Positions 50,070 to 60,822 of a stretch of DNA of 64,000 bases are shown in pieces. Numbering within the stretch: the stretch's first letter is position 1; each line of letters begins with the position of its first letter. Both the position numbers and the translations under genes were made by a program. The notes below the pieces were generated by a model. The model did not search any database. It was given only the letters and a program-made list of their open reading frames with translations, and was not told the origin of the DNA. The DNA is from Ruminococcus sp. (lineage in GTDB: Bacteria; Bacillota; Clostridia; Oscillospirales; Acutalibacteraceae), in assembly GCA_017457955.1 (NCBI GenBank), contig JAFTGL010000008.1, positions 36,068 to 100,067 of the forward strand, given 5' to 3'.

Positions 50070-50364
50070 CGACAGACTGCTGAGTTTCCTCGGCATATGC
50101 AAGCGCGCGGGACGGCTCGTCTCGGGCGCGGACACCGTGACAAAGACGATCAGCGAGGGAAAAGCCAAGCTGACGCTCTACGCCTCGGATATCTCACAGA
50201 ACAGCCTCAAAGGCGTTCTCAGGGCGGCTGAGCAGAAAGCCGTTCCCGTAAAACAGCTGTCTTACACCAAAGACGAACTCAGCTTTGCCCTCGGCAGGCA
50301 CTGCGGTATCATCTGTACCACAGACGACGGCTTTGCCGCAAAGATACTCACCCTTATCAACTAA
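50062..50364 (+). CDS. L7Ae family RNA-binding protein (YlxQ-like)
   Basis: LGICKRAGRLVSG, ELSFALG; operon position. Confidence 0.85.
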   Translation: MNNDRLLSFLGICKRAGRLVSGADTVTKTISEGKAKLTLYASDISQNSLKGVLRAAEQKAVPVKQLSYTKDELSFALGRHCGIICTTDDGFAAKILTLIN

Positions 50365-50382
50365 GTAAGAGGAGGAATTACC

Positions 50383-52788
50383 ATGGCTATTATGATCAAA
50401 TATAAAGTCAAAGAGGTGGCCGGTGACCTTGACGTCGCAACCAAAGAGGTCATCGCCGTGCTGAAAGAGAAGCTCGGCGTCGATAAAAAGGCTATGACCA
50501 CATTGAACGAGGATGAACTCAATTTTATCTTCGATTATTTTACACAGAAGAACGCTGTCTCCGACCTGTCCGCGTATTTCGCGGTTCGCGACAACGCGAT
50601 CAAGAAGCAGGAGGAAGAGGCAGAAAAGCGCAGAGCGGAAGAAAAACAGCGCCGCGAGGAAGAGAAGCAGCGCCGTGAGGCGGAGAAAGATAAGCTCCGT
50701 CCCGATTCCGCGAAGAAGGCGGGCAAGGAACAGTTGAAACCCGCCGCGCAAAAGCCGGCTAAGGTCGACAAGACCGCCGACATCGACCTGAAATCCGAGA
50801 TCAAGAGTAAGCGCGGTACCGGCCGTATCGTCGATACGGGCGCCGCGGAGGTCAACGTCGACCGCTACAACCAGAAGTACGATGACCTCGCTCTCGATAA
50901 GGTCCGTAACGAGAACAACATGTCCTCGAAGAAGCAGAAGATCAACCAGCGCTCCAAACAGAAGAACCGCCGTTCCGCAAAGCGCGAGACCGAGCGCGAG
51001 CGTATGGCGCGTATCGAAAAAGAGCGTAAGGCAAAGAAGATGACCGTCCTGATCCCCGACGAGATCTCGATCGGCGATCTGGCGCTCAGACTGAAAGCGA
51101 CTGTCGCCGAGGTCGTCAAGAAGGCGTTCCTGATGGGCACGATGGTCACCGCGAACGACGTTGTTGACTTCGACACCGCGTCCCTGATCGCGATGGAATT
51201 CCACGCGAAGGTCGAGAAGGAAGTCGTCGTCACCATCGAAGAGCGTATCATCGACGACAGCGAGGATGCTGACGAGAACCTCGTCGACCGCGCTCCGGTC
51301 GTCGTCGTCATGGGTCACGTCGACCACGGCAAGACCTCTCTGCTCGACTATATCCGCAACGCGCACGTTACCGCGACCGAGGCGGGCGGTATCACCCAGC
51401 ACATCGGCGCGTACCGCGTCAATATCAACGAGAGAGACATCACCTTCCTCGATACTCCCGGTCATGAGGCGTTCACCACCATGCGCGCGCGCGGCGCTCA
51501 AGTTACGGATATCGCGATCTTAGTCGTAGCGGCTGACGACGGTATCATGCCCCAGACCGTTGAAGCGATCAACCACGCCAAGGCGGCGGGCGTTTCCGTC
51601 ATCGTGGCGATCAATAAAATGGATAAGCCGGGCGCAAATCCCGAGCAGGTCAAGCAGCAGCTGACCGAATATGAGCTGATCCCCGAGGAATGGGGCGGCG
51701 ACACACCCTGCGTGCCCGTATCCGCCAAGACGGGCATGGGTATCGACGATCTTCTCGAGATGGTTCTGCTGGTTGCCGATATGAAGGAGCTGAAAGCGAA
51801 TCCCGACCGCGCCGCGAAGGGTACGGTCATCGAAGCGCGTCTGGATAAGGGCAGAGGTCCTGTGGCATCCATCCTCGTCCAGAACGGTACGCTCCGCACC
51901 GGCGACATCGTCGTCGCGGGCATGGCTGTCGGTCGTGTGCGCGCGATGACCGATGACAAGGGCAACCGCGTCACCGAAGCGGGTCCCTCCGTACCGGTCG
52001 AGATCACGGGTCTTGACGACGTTCCCACCGGCGGCGATACCTTCAATGCCGTCACCGACGAGCGTCTGGCACGTGAGCTGGTCGAACAGCGCAAGCACGA
52101 GAAGAAAGAGGCTGAGTTCAACGCCCAGACCAAGGTCACGCTCGACAACCTCTTCGACCAGATGAAGCTCGGCGAGGTCAAGGAGCTGAAGATCATCGTT
52201 AAGGCAGACGTACAGGGTTCTGTTGAAGCAGTCCGCCAGAGTCTTGAAAAGCTCTCGAACGAGGAAGTCCGCGTCAACATCATCCACGGCGCTGTCGGCG
52301 CTGTCAACGAGTCTGACGTCATGCTCGCGAACGCGAGTAACGCCATCATCGTCGGCTTCAACGTTCGTCCCGACGCGACCGCTCAGGCTAACGCCGAGCG
52401 CGACGGTGTGGATATGCGTATGTACCGCGTCATCTACGACTGTATCGAAGAGATCGAGAGCGCGATGAAGGGTATGCTGGCTCCCAAGACCAGAGAAGTC
52501 ATCCTCGGTACCGCCGAGGTCCGCAACGTCATCCGTATCAAGAGTATCGGCAACATCGCCGGCTGTTATGTCAAGAGCGGTAAGATCCAGCGCGGCGCGG
52601 GCGTCCGCGTGGTACGCGACGGCATCATCATCGCCGACGACAATATCGGTTCTCTCCAGCGCTTTAAGGACAGCGTCAAAGAGGTCAATGAAGGCTATGA
52701 GTGCGGTATCGGTCTTGAAAAGTACAACGACATCAAGGAAGGCGACGTTTTCGAGGTGTTCACCATCGAAGAGTATCGTGAGGACTGA
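50383..52788 (+). CDS. infB: Translation initiation factor IF-2
   Basis: [38 protein letters not shown]. Confidence 0.97.
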   Translation: MAIMIKYKVKEVAGDLDVATKEVIAVLKEKLGVDKKAMTTLNEDELNFIFDYFTQKNAVSDLSAYFAVRDNAIKKQEEEAEKRRAEEKQRREEEKQRREAEKDKLRPDSAKKAGKEQLKPAAQKPAKVDKTADIDLKSEIKSKRGTGRIVDTGAAEVNVDRYNQKYDDLALDKVRNENNMSSKKQKINQRSKQKNRRSAKRETERERMARIEKERKAKKMTVLIPDEISIGDLALRLKATVAEVVKKAFLMGTMVTANDVVDFDTASLIAMEFHAKVEKEVVVTIEERIIDDSEDADENLVDRAPVVVVMGHVDHGKTSLLDYIRNAHVTATEAGGITQHIGAYRVNINERDITFLDTPGHEAFTTMRARGAQVTDIAILVVAADDGIMPQTVEAINHAKAAGVSVIVAINKMDKPGANPEQVKQQLTEYELIPEEWGGDTPCVPVSAKTGMGIDDLLEMVLLVADMKELKANPDRAAKGTVIEARLDKGRGPVASILVQNGTLRTGDIVVAGMAVGRVRAMTDDKGNRVTEAGPSVPVEITGLDDVPTGGDTFNAVTDERLARELVEQRKHEKKEAEFNAQTKVTLDNLFDQMKLGEVKELKIIVKADVQGSVEAVRQSLEKLSNEEVRVNIIHGAVGAVNESDVMLANASNAIIVGFNVRPDATAQANAERDGVDMRMYRVIYDCIEEIESAMKGMLAPKTREVILGTAEVRNVIRIKSIGNIAGCYVKSGKIQRGAGVRVVRDGIIIADDNIGSLQRFKDSVKEVNEGYECGIGLEKYNDIKEGDVFEVFTIEEYRED

Positions 52789-52814
52789 TCCTTACGTCGC
52801 ATTGAGGAATAATT

Positions 52815-53201
52815 ATGGCGAATCATAAATTAGGCAGGACGACCGAGGATATACGGCGTGAGCTGACGGATATTTTCCGTACGCTCAAGGACCCCCGCGT
52901 CACCGCGTGCTTTCTGTCCATCGTGCGCGTTGAGGTCACGAACGACCTGAGCTATTGCACGGTCTATGTCAGCGCTTTAGAGGGCATGGACAAGGCAAAA
53001 GAAGCGGTCAAGGGGCTGAAAAGCGCCGCGGGTTATATCCGTCGGGAGCTGGGACACAGACTGCGTCTGAGGCATGTGCCCGAGCTGATCTTCACCCCGA
53101 CCGACTCCATCGAGTACAGCGCGGAGATCTCCCGTATCCTGCACAGCTTGGATATCAAACCCGACGACGAGGAGGGCGCAGATGAAGAAGATAACGCTTG
53201 A
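52815..53201 (+). CDS. rbfA: Ribosome-binding factor A
   Basis: LKDPRV, DLSYCTVYVS, LRHVPELIF. Confidence 0.94.
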   Translation: MANHKLGRTTEDIRRELTDIFRTLKDPRVTACFLSIVRVEVTNDLSYCTVYVSALEGMDKAKEAVKGLKSAAGYIRRELGHRLRLRHVPELIFTPTDSIEYSAEISRILHSLDIKPDDEEGADEEDNA

Positions 53202-54129
53202 TCAGGTCGCGGCTCTGTTAAAAGAGCACGACCGCTTCAAGATCCTGACCCACACCTACCCCGACGGCGACTGTCTGGGCTGCGGCTACGCGCTGGCGTT
53301 CGCGCTGCGCAAGCTCGGCAAGCAGGCGAACGTCGCGGTGGACGGCGCTGTGCCCGCAAAGCTGCAGTATCTGACCGAACACTACGAAGAACAGGATTTT
53401 GTTCCTTCGTATATCGTCAGCGTCGACGTTGCGGCTCCCACCCTGCTCGGTGAGAGCGTGATGGCGGGCGTTGATCATATCGACCTGTGTATCGACCACC
53501 ACCGCACCAATTCGATCGAAGCGGACAACAGCTATGTCGATCCCGAGGCGGCTGCAGCGGCTGAGATCATCTATCAGCTCATGCTCCTTTTGGACGTCGA
53601 GCTTGACGAGGACATCGCGGCGGGCATCTATACGGGTATCTCCACCGATACGGGCTGTTTCTGCTACTCCAATACTACCGAACGCACCCATCAGTTCGCG
53701 GCGGCGGTCATGCCGTACTGCGACTGGCGGATGATCAACTATGTCAACTTCGTCGTCAAGACCCGCGGAAAGCTCAAGCTGGAGCGCATGGTCTACGACA
53801 ATATGCGGTTCTGCGCCGACGGCGCGTGCGCGCTCATCTATACGATGACCAAAACCTGCGAAAGGCTCGGTATCGGCGACGACGAGATGGAGGGACTCGC
53901 CTCTATCCCGCGCCAGATCGAGGGCGTGAAAATGGGTATCACCATGCGCGAGAAGGCGGGCGGCGTGTTCAAGATTTCTGTCCGCACCAACGACGGTATC
54001 GACGCGGCAGCGTTCTGCAAGCAGTTTGGCGGCGGCGGCCATCCCGCGGCGGTAGGCTGCTCGGTCGAGGGCGACCTTGAGACCGTCATGGAACTGATGA
54101 CGAAAAGCGCCGAGGAATTTCTTGCATGA
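53182..54129 (+). CDS. DHH family phosphoesterase (NrnA-like)
   Basis: HTYPDGD, IDHH, TDTG, GGGGH. Confidence 0.9.
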   Translation: MKKITLDQVAALLKEHDRFKILTHTYPDGDCLGCGYALAFALRKLGKQANVAVDGAVPAKLQYLTEHYEEQDFVPSYIVSVDVAAPTLLGESVMAGVDHIDLCIDHHRTNSIEADNSYVDPEAAAAAEIIYQLMLLLDVELDEDIAAGIYTGISTDTGCFCYSNTTERTHQFAAAVMPYCDWRMINYVNFVVKTRGKLKLERMVYDNMRFCADGACALIYTMTKTCERLGIGDDEMEGLASIPRQIEGVKMGITMREKAGGVFKISVRTNDGIDAAAFCKQFGGGGHPAAVGCSVEGDLETVMELMTKSAEEFLA

Positions 54130-55013
54130 ACGGCGTTATCCTGATACATAAGGAAAAGGATTTTACCTCGTTTGACGTGGTTGCCGTTGTGCGCAAGCTG
54201 ATGGGGCAGAAGAAGGTCGGGCATACAGGAACGCTCGACCCCAACGCCACCGGCGTACTGCCCGTCCTGCTCGGCACGGCGACAAAGGCGCAGGATATCA
54301 TCCCCTGTCACGATAAGAAGTATATCGCGGATTTCCGCCTTGGTATTGCGACCGATACCCTCGATATCTGGGGGACGGTGCTCGAAGAAAAGCCGTCAAA
54401 TGTAACGCGTGAAGTTATAGAAAGAGCCATCGGCTCTTTCAGGGGCGAGATCGAACAGCTCCCGCCGATGTACTCCGCCGTCAGCGTGGACGGCAAGCGG
54501 CTCTATCAGTACGCCCGCGAGGGCAAAGAGGTAGAGCGCAAGCCGCGCAAGGTGACCGTCTATTCTCTGGAGCTGACCGCGTTCGATGCAAACACCCAGA
54601 GCGGCACGCTCGATATCTATTGTTCCAACGGCACCTACATCCGCACGATCATCGACGATCTGGCACGGTCGCTCGGCACGGTCGGCGTGATGACCGACCT
54701 TGTTCGTTATGAAGCCTGCGGCTATCACCTTGACGACTGTATTACTCTCGATACGCTCAAAGAGCGTGTGCAGAGCGGAGACATGGGCTTTGTCAAAAGC
54801 GTCGAGAGCATCTTTGCCGCCTACGATGAAGTCACTGTCAGCGATAAGCAGGCGCACCGCTTTGTCAACGGCAACCCGCTGGACGTTGTTCGCACAGAGC
54901 TGAGAGACAAAGCCGCGGATAAAAAAATATACCGCGTGAAGGACAGACAAGGCACATTTCTCTCACTCGGTATCGTCGACGGCGAACTGTTGAAACTCTA
55001 TAAGCATTTTTAA
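54126..55013 (+). CDS. truB: tRNA pseudouridine(55) synthase
   Basis: GHTGTLDPNATGVL, PPMYSA, GTYIR. Confidence 0.95.
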   Translation: MNGVILIHKEKDFTSFDVVAVVRKLMGQKKVGHTGTLDPNATGVLPVLLGTATKAQDIIPCHDKKYIADFRLGIATDTLDIWGTVLEEKPSNVTREVIERAIGSFRGEIEQLPPMYSAVSVDGKRLYQYAREGKEVERKPRKVTVYSLELTAFDANTQSGTLDIYCSNGTYIRTIIDDLARSLGTVGVMTDLVRYEACGYHLDDCITLDTLKERVQSGDMGFVKSVESIFAAYDEVTVSDKQAHRFVNGNPLDVVRTELRDKAADKKIYRVKDRQGTFLSLGIVDGELLKLYKHF

Positions 55014-55125
55014 AGGCTTCCTATCAAGAGGAAGCCTTTGGTTTTTTAAACAGCTTAGTGTTGATGACCGCCGTTAAGATAACTGCATTTTTCAAAAGAC
55101 GGAAATGGGCGCAGCGTCACGCTGC

Positions 55126-55827
55126 CTACTTCAAATTTTCATCCACGGGATAGGACGTCAGGAAGCGGATACTGCGCTCGATGGCGTCCTTGCTGTTTTT
55201 GTAGTCGCCGCCCGCGTTGCGGTAGTCGAACATGGTGGTGAAGTGGGTGACGTCGTCGTACAGCGTGTCCATATAGCCTTTGGCGAGCTTGTTGGTGGCG
55301 ACATAGAACTCGGGCAGGGCTTTTTTGTCCATGTTTTTCTTGCTGACGTTTCCCATCACCAGCGCGTAGTGGTCAAGACAGATAAAGTCCTGCTGCGCAT
55401 ATTGCTTGCGGAAGTCATGATCCGAGCCGAACTGGATGTAGACGGTTGCGAGCAGGTGCAGGATGTCGCGCTCGATACGGTCGCAGACGTAGCAGGTGCG
55501 GTCGTTTTCACGGATCGCTTCGAGCATCTTTTTGTCGGGAGCGTCGGTATCTTTTTTCGGGAACACCTTTTTGCGCAGCTCGTCGATGTGGGTCTGCAAT
55601 AACAGTGCGTTCGACAGGCGCGGGCCTGTGTTGACCATCATGGAGAAATGGCGGTGACAGAAGCCGACCTTGTTGGTCTGCACGCGCACGTCGGGAGCCA
55701 TCATCGCGGCTCCCGTGATGTACTCGACATACTGTTCCTCGAGCATGCGGTGCATGCGGCAGATCGGACAGCCCTCGGTCTCTTCAAAGATCTCGGTGAT
55801 CGGGATGGTGGTGATATTCGGCTTCAT
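55126..55827 (-). CDS. DUF6062-like conserved protein with CxxC / CxxH motifs
   Basis: GCPIC, GFCHRH, CYVC, CLDH, FDYRN. Confidence 0.7.
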   Translation of the reverse strand: MKPNITTIPITEIFEETEGCPICRMHRMLEEQYVEYITGAAMMAPDVRVQTNKVGFCHRHFSMMVNTGPRLSNALLLQTHIDELRKKVFPKKDTDAPDKKMLEAIRENDRTCYVCDRIERDILHLLATVYIQFGSDHDFRKQYAQQDFICLDHYALVMGNVSKKNMDKKALPEFYVATNKLAKGYMDTLYDDVTHFTTMFDYRNAGGDYKNSKDAIERSIRFLTSYPVDENLK

Positions 55828-55930
55828 AGGCTTCTCCTCATTTCGGGGTGAATTATTTTGAAAATATTATAGCATATTGTTCAGGAATATGATATACTTA
55901 TTTTCAGAATTTTATCATGACAGGATGACT

Positions 55931-56746
55931 ATGAGTATCATATTTGAAAATATTACGGACCTCGATCTGCGTGAGACGCTCGACTGCGGTCAGACCTTTC
56001 GGTGGAAGGAGCTTTCGGACGGCAGCTTTTGCGGCGTTGTCCGCGGGAAAACGGCAATTGCCGCGATGGACGGCGACCGACTGACCCTCGATGGTGCGGA
56101 CGAAGCCGACCGTGCCATGTGGCGGGATTACTTCGATTTGGATCTGGACTACGGCGCGATCAAACAGGAGCTTTCCGCGCTCCACCCTGTGATGGCGCAG
56201 GCGGCTGAATTTGCCCCGGGCATCCGTATATTGAATCAGGAGCCGTTTGAAGCGCTGATCAGCTTCATCATCTCCCAGAACAACAACATCAAGCGGATCG
56301 CGGGGATCGTGGACAGGCTGTGCGAAAACTTCGGCGAACCGATCGGCGGGACGCGTCCCGCATATGCTTTTCCGACCGCCGAGCGGCTTGCGTTTTTATT
56401 CCCTGACGATCTCGCGCCCATCAGAGCGGGCTTTCGCCACCGCTACATCATCGACGCCGCGCAGAAGGTCGCGGACGGTACGATCGACCTCGAAGCGGTA
56501 CGCGCCATGCCGTATGAGGAAGCGCGGGCTGAGCTGATGCAGATCACAGGCGTAGGCATCAAGGTCGCCGACTGCGTCCTGCTCTACGGACTCCACCGTC
56601 TGGACGGCTTTCCCCTCGACGTATGGATGAAGCGCGCAATGGCGGTGTTGTTCGACGGCATGTCTCCCGACAGCTTCGGGCGTTACGCGGGTATCGCCCA
56701 GCAATATATCTTTCACTATTCACGCATGCACCCCGAACTCTTTTGA
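55931..56746 (+). CDS. 8-oxoguanine DNA glycosylase (OGG-like, HhH-GPD)
   Basis: TLDCGQTFRW, FIISQNNNIKRI, GVGIKVADC, FPLDVW. Confidence 0.88.
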   Translation: MSIIFENITDLDLRETLDCGQTFRWKELSDGSFCGVVRGKTAIAAMDGDRLTLDGADEADRAMWRDYFDLDLDYGAIKQELSALHPVMAQAAEFAPGIRILNQEPFEALISFIISQNNNIKRIAGIVDRLCENFGEPIGGTRPAYAFPTAERLAFLFPDDLAPIRAGFRHRYIIDAAQKVADGTIDLEAVRAMPYEEARAELMQITGVGIKVADCVLLYGLHRLDGFPLDVWMKRAMAVLFDGMSPDSFGRYAGIAQQYIFHYSRMHPELF

Positions 56747-56758
56747 CAGGAGGAGCTT

Positions 56759-59056
56759 ATGAAAATTCTTTTTGCTATCGCAATCATCGCGCTGTTCGTT
56801 TTCGCGGTCGCGAGCATTTTAAAAGAGCGCAAATATACGAAGATCATTCGTTTGGTATCCTGCGGCGCGGCAATTGTTTTCTTGCTGATCGCGGGAATCG
56901 CCGCACCGTATCTCAGGTCGCTCGGTATCGGACTGGCGGTGTTCACAGCGGTGAGCTTTGCGCTGTCCATGCTTGCGAAGCGGTCTCAGAAGGACGGTGC
57001 AAGAGCCTTTGTCGGATACATGGCGAAGGCGATGCTGGTCATCCTGCTGCTCGAAGCGGTCTGCTTCAACTTCAACAGCTACCATCTGTGGAAGGGAGGC
57101 TATGATAAGACCGCGCTGAACCTCGATAACGCCGTTGTGACGGGCATGAACAAAAACGGTGACAGCTGGTACAGCTCCGCGGACGCCGCGTCGATCGAGT
57201 TCACGAACCTCAATCAGAAGATCGGCGTCATCAAGCTCGACGTCAAGGGCTTGAAGTACAAGATCGACTACACCGTCGACTTTGCCGACGAGACCAACGC
57301 CTCTTACTATATGCGTTCGGGACTGGTCAGCGGTTCGGTGTTCAACGATATCGAGCAGACCAAGTACATTGTCTGCGATTTTTCGGGCAAGGTCAGCAAA
57401 ATCAAGATCAATCTCAGGGAGCTCAATGAAAATCAGGCGACCCTCAGCGGCGTGACGCTGAACGCCGATTACCCCACGCACTTCTCTTATCTGCGTTTTC
57501 TGCTGATATTACTCGGCGTCGCGTTCGTGTGGCTGTTCAAGCGGAGCGTGCAATTCCGCAAACCTCTGGGCGATCAGCCGCAGACCGCGAAGGCGGTCAC
57601 GGCGGTCGTTGTGATCCTGATGATCGCGATTTCCTTTATCCTGTCCTCTGTCGGACTGAACCCGAAAACAGACTTTTCGCAGGTCTCGGGCAACCAGATC
57701 ACACAGGAGCTTGTCGACGCGTTTGAAGCGGGTCAGGTCGAGCTGAAGGATCAGCCGACTTCCGACCTGCTCAATATGGAGAACCCCTACGACTGGTCGG
57801 CACGCGTCGAACAGGGCGTGAACGCAAAATGGGATCATGTCCTCTATGACGGCAAGTATTATTCCTACTACGGTATCGGCCCTGTCATCCTGCTGTATCT
57901 GCCGTTCCATTTGCTGACGGGTCATTACCTTGCGAGTCTGACGGGTGTTTTGCTGTTCAACACACTGGCGCTCATTTTCCTCGGCATGACCTTCTACAAG
58001 CTGATGAAGGCGCTGTTCAGAGATATCCCGCTGTCGATGTATACGGCGGCGCTGCTGATGATCTACGCGTCGTGCGGCGTATGGTACTGCACCGTGATGG
58101 CGAACTTCTATGAGATCGCCCAAAGCTCGGGCTTTTGCTTCACGGTGATGGGCACGTATTTCCTCGTGTCCTCCAACGTGATCGGCTCCGACAAACAGCC
58201 TGTCCGTCCCGTTATGGCGGCATTGTCGTCGCTGTTCCTCTCGATCGCGGTCACCTGCCGTCCCACCACGGCGGTGTGGTGCGTCGTGGCGGTGGTGTTT
58301 ATCGCCGCGGGCGTGTTGAAGCTGAAAAGACAAAAGAGCGAAAAGCCCCTTTATATCAAATATCTGCTCTGCGCTCTGCTGCCGTTCGTCGTGATCGGCG
58401 GCGCTCAGATGCTCTATAATCATGCGCGATTCGGCTCGTTTACCGATTTCGGAATCGCCTACTCGCTGACCATCAACGACTTTACCCATACTGAGTTCCA
58501 TACCCAGCTCTCGGCGATCGGCTTCTTTGATTATCTGTTTGCGCCTCCGTCCTTTTCGGGCGAGTTCCCGTATGTACAGACGACCTTGTCGACGCTCGGC
58601 GTGAACGGCTACTATTTTGAAGCCACCAACAACGGTGCGGGACTGCTGTACAGAGCGCTGCCGATGTTCTTCCTCTTCGCTTCTCCGTTTGTCTTGAAGT
58701 ATGTGGATAAAGAAAAGCGCGCGCGTACTGCGGTGCTGTTCAGCGCGGCCGCGTTCATCGCTCCGTTCATCGTGATCGCGTCCATCTGGGAGTCCGGCTA
58801 CGGCACCAGATATATGATGGACTTCGCGTGGGAGATGCTGACCTGCGCCTTCCTCGTCATGTTCCTCATGTACCGCCACATCAAGGGCAAGGACGCAAAG
58901 CGGATCTATGAGCATATCCTGCTTATCTCCATGTTCGCCTGCCTGTTCCTCAACATGGGTCTTGTCTACGCCTACTGGTACCCGGGCAATTATGTCGTAG
59001 GTCACGAAGTGGCGTTCGAGAGCTTCGGCAGGATGTTCTCGATGTTCAATACCTGA
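56759..59056 (+). CDS. Large polytopic membrane protein, possibly GT-C-fold glycosyltransferase
   Basis: More than 12 TM helices, large extracellular loop, motifs YYSYYG, CRP, YNHARFGS, RYMMDF. Confidence 0.6.
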   Translation: MKILFAIAIIALFVFAVASILKERKYTKIIRLVSCGAAIVFLLIAGIAAPYLRSLGIGLAVFTAVSFALSMLAKRSQKDGARAFVGYMAKAMLVILLLEAVCFNFNSYHLWKGGYDKTALNLDNAVVTGMNKNGDSWYSSADAASIEFTNLNQKIGVIKLDVKGLKYKIDYTVDFADETNASYYMRSGLVSGSVFNDIEQTKYIVCDFSGKVSKIKINLRELNENQATLSGVTLNADYPTHFSYLRFLLILLGVAFVWLFKRSVQFRKPLGDQPQTAKAVTAVVVILMIAISFILSSVGLNPKTDFSQVSGNQITQELVDAFEAGQVELKDQPTSDLLNMENPYDWSARVEQGVNAKWDHVLYDGKYYSYYGIGPVILLYLPFHLLTGHYLASLTGVLLFNTLALIFLGMTFYKLMKALFRDIPLSMYTAALLMIYASCGVWYCTVMANFYEIAQSSGFCFTVMGTYFLVSSNVIGSDKQPVRPVMAALSSLFLSIAVTCRPTTAVWCVVAVVFIAAGVLKLKRQKSEKPLYIKYLLCALLPFVVIGGAQMLYNHARFGSFTDFGIAYSLTINDFTHTEFHTQLSAIGFFDYLFAPPSFSGEFPYVQTTLSTLGVNGYYFEATNNGAGLLYRALPMFFLFASPFVLKYVDKEKRARTAVLFSAAAFIAPFIVIASIWESGYGTRYMMDFAWEMLTCAFLVMFLMYRHIKGKDAKRIYEHILLISMFACLFLNMGLVYAYWYPGNYVVGHEVAFESFGRMFSMFNT

Positions 59057-59155
59057 TGAAGCGACAAAAAATGTTTACAATTTTCGGTTGAAAAACGCTT
59101 TTCTCTGTGATATGATAGGGTGATCCTAACCGAAGAATAGATGGAAGGTGAATAG

Positions 59156-59434
59156 ATGAATCACGATTGGACGGTGGAGAAGCAGCACCACGGCGTTTCT
59201 CCAGAATATATCAAAAAAACAAAAAGGAAACGCACCATCAAAGAATGGCTGATCTCCCTGCTGATCACGCTGGTCATCCTCGGGGTCGCCGTAGCGGCGC
59301 AGTACTGGTTTATGAATACCACCCAGATCGCGCTGGAAATGAAAACCGTGTGGCTTGGCAACGCCATCGGCGGGTTTATCATGCTCTTTATCGTGCACCA
59401 CTTTGTCAAAACGCCGACGGATACTGGGTATTAA
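59156..59434 (+). CDS. Small two-TM membrane protein
   Basis: RBS GGAAGGTG; two hydrophobic helices. Confidence 0.6.
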   Translation: MNHDWTVEKQHHGVSPEYIKKTKRKRTIKEWLISLLITLVILGVAVAAQYWFMNTTQIALEMKTVWLGNAIGGFIMLFIVHHFVKTPTDTGY

Positions 59435-59490
59435 ATAAGCATAAAACAACAGGGTTGTCATTGTGACGACCCTGTTTTGCTATGTAAAGG

Positions 59491-60618
59491 TTATTCCTTT
59501 GCTTTGAGTTTATCATGGTCCTTCGGCTTTCGCTGCATATACGCCATGAAGTAATCGCATACCTTGCGCACCATCACGCACAGCACCAGCGAGACGATAA
59601 AGCTGCCGAAGTACAGCATGATCTCCTGCATCGGTTCGAGCTTGTAGCGGCCTTCAAGATAGTGGTTGATGTTCAGATAGATCATGTAGTATTCCATCGA
59701 GTACATGCCCACGAACTCAAAGAAGTTGCGTAGCAGATTCGCCTTGCCCGCATGCCGCAGAGAGGTGCAGATAAAGCTGATCAGCACCGTCAGCGAGATC
59801 GCTAAGGGACAAGCGGCGTAGCGGTAGAAGAAGATGTACATGGTCTCCATCTCTTTGCTGTAGCCGGGGATCATCAGTTTCATGATCCGCGTGAAGTAGA
59901 AGATGAAAGCTGTCGCGGCGACAGCAACAGCGAGGAACACCCACAGCCACCTGCGGTCGATCTCTTTCTTCTCCATGACGAATTTGCCCGCCCAGATACC
60001 GATGATAAAGACCGGAATACGGCAGAGCGCGATCTCTACCATGACGTAGTATTCGGGAACGACCGCTCTGAGGGTGAAGGTGAAGATCAGCACGACTGCG
60101 ATCAGCCCGAGCATACCCCACAGCCGCCATTTTTCGATCGCTTTATAGAACAGCGGGAACAGCAGGTACAACAGCAGGATCAGCGAAATGAACCAGAACA
60201 CGCGCTCGCCTGCGACATAGAAGTAGGTGAAGGTCATGCGGCTGATGTAGGCGAGCAGCCCTTCTTCGTACTTGCCGTGGACATAACGCAGGGAGAAGTA
60301 AAACGTCGCGATCAGGATCGCTGTCGGCAGTACGCGCATGAGGCGCTTCTTCCAGAAGCTGAGCACGTTGCTGTCCTTGACGAATGAGAAGAACAGTCCG
60401 ATACCCGACAGCAGCAGGAAGATGTCGACGCCGATGTTGCCCATCCCGCGAAAGAACGTGAACACACGCCTAATATGCCAGTTCCCGATGTACTCGGCGA
60501 GAGCGTCATTGAGAAAATCCGAGTGGAACAGACCGATCCACAGGGTCGCGATACCAAAGAGAACGTTGCGTGCTTCGCTGATCGCGAAGAGGTTGAACGT
60601 CTTTTTCGCTTTTGTCAT
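59491..60618 (-). CDS. Acyltransferase family 3 (OafA-like)
   Basis: GIATLWIGLFH, GVDIFLLLSG, KKRLMRVLP, WFISLILLLY, YSMEYY. Confidence 0.85.
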   Translation of the reverse strand: MTKAKKTFNLFAISEARNVLFGIATLWIGLFHSDFLNDALAEYIGNWHIRRVFTFFRGMGNIGVDIFLLLSGIGLFFSFVKDSNVLSFWKKRLMRVLPTAILIATFYFSLRYVHGKYEEGLLAYISRMTFTYFYVAGERVFWFISLILLLYLLFPLFYKAIEKWRLWGMLGLIAVVLIFTFTLRAVVPEYYVMVEIALCRIPVFIIGIWAGKFVMEKKEIDRRWLWVFLAVAVAATAFIFYFTRIMKLMIPGYSKEMETMYIFFYRYAACPLAISLTVLISFICTSLRHAGKANLLRNFFEFVGMYSMEYYMIYLNINHYLEGRYKLEPMQEIMLYFGSFIVSLVLCVMVRKVCDYFMAYMQRKPKDHDKLKAKE

Positions 60619-60822
60619 CAAATTCCTCCTTTTCGTAAGGAAAATATTCAACTTATTATACCAATTTTTGGTACACATGTCAATTTTGTTGCGAGATTGT
60701 CATAACCGTTGCAAAAAAGCTCCGTAGCAGAATATATTGCTTTTTCCTATAAAATAGTATATACTATCTGTGTATGGAAATTTTTGCTGACAACCATCAG
60801 CATTTTATAGGAGTGAACACCC

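Noticed and set aside
60619-60822. T-box leader for metG
   Set aside because: No T-box consensus or terminator; region holds divergent promoters
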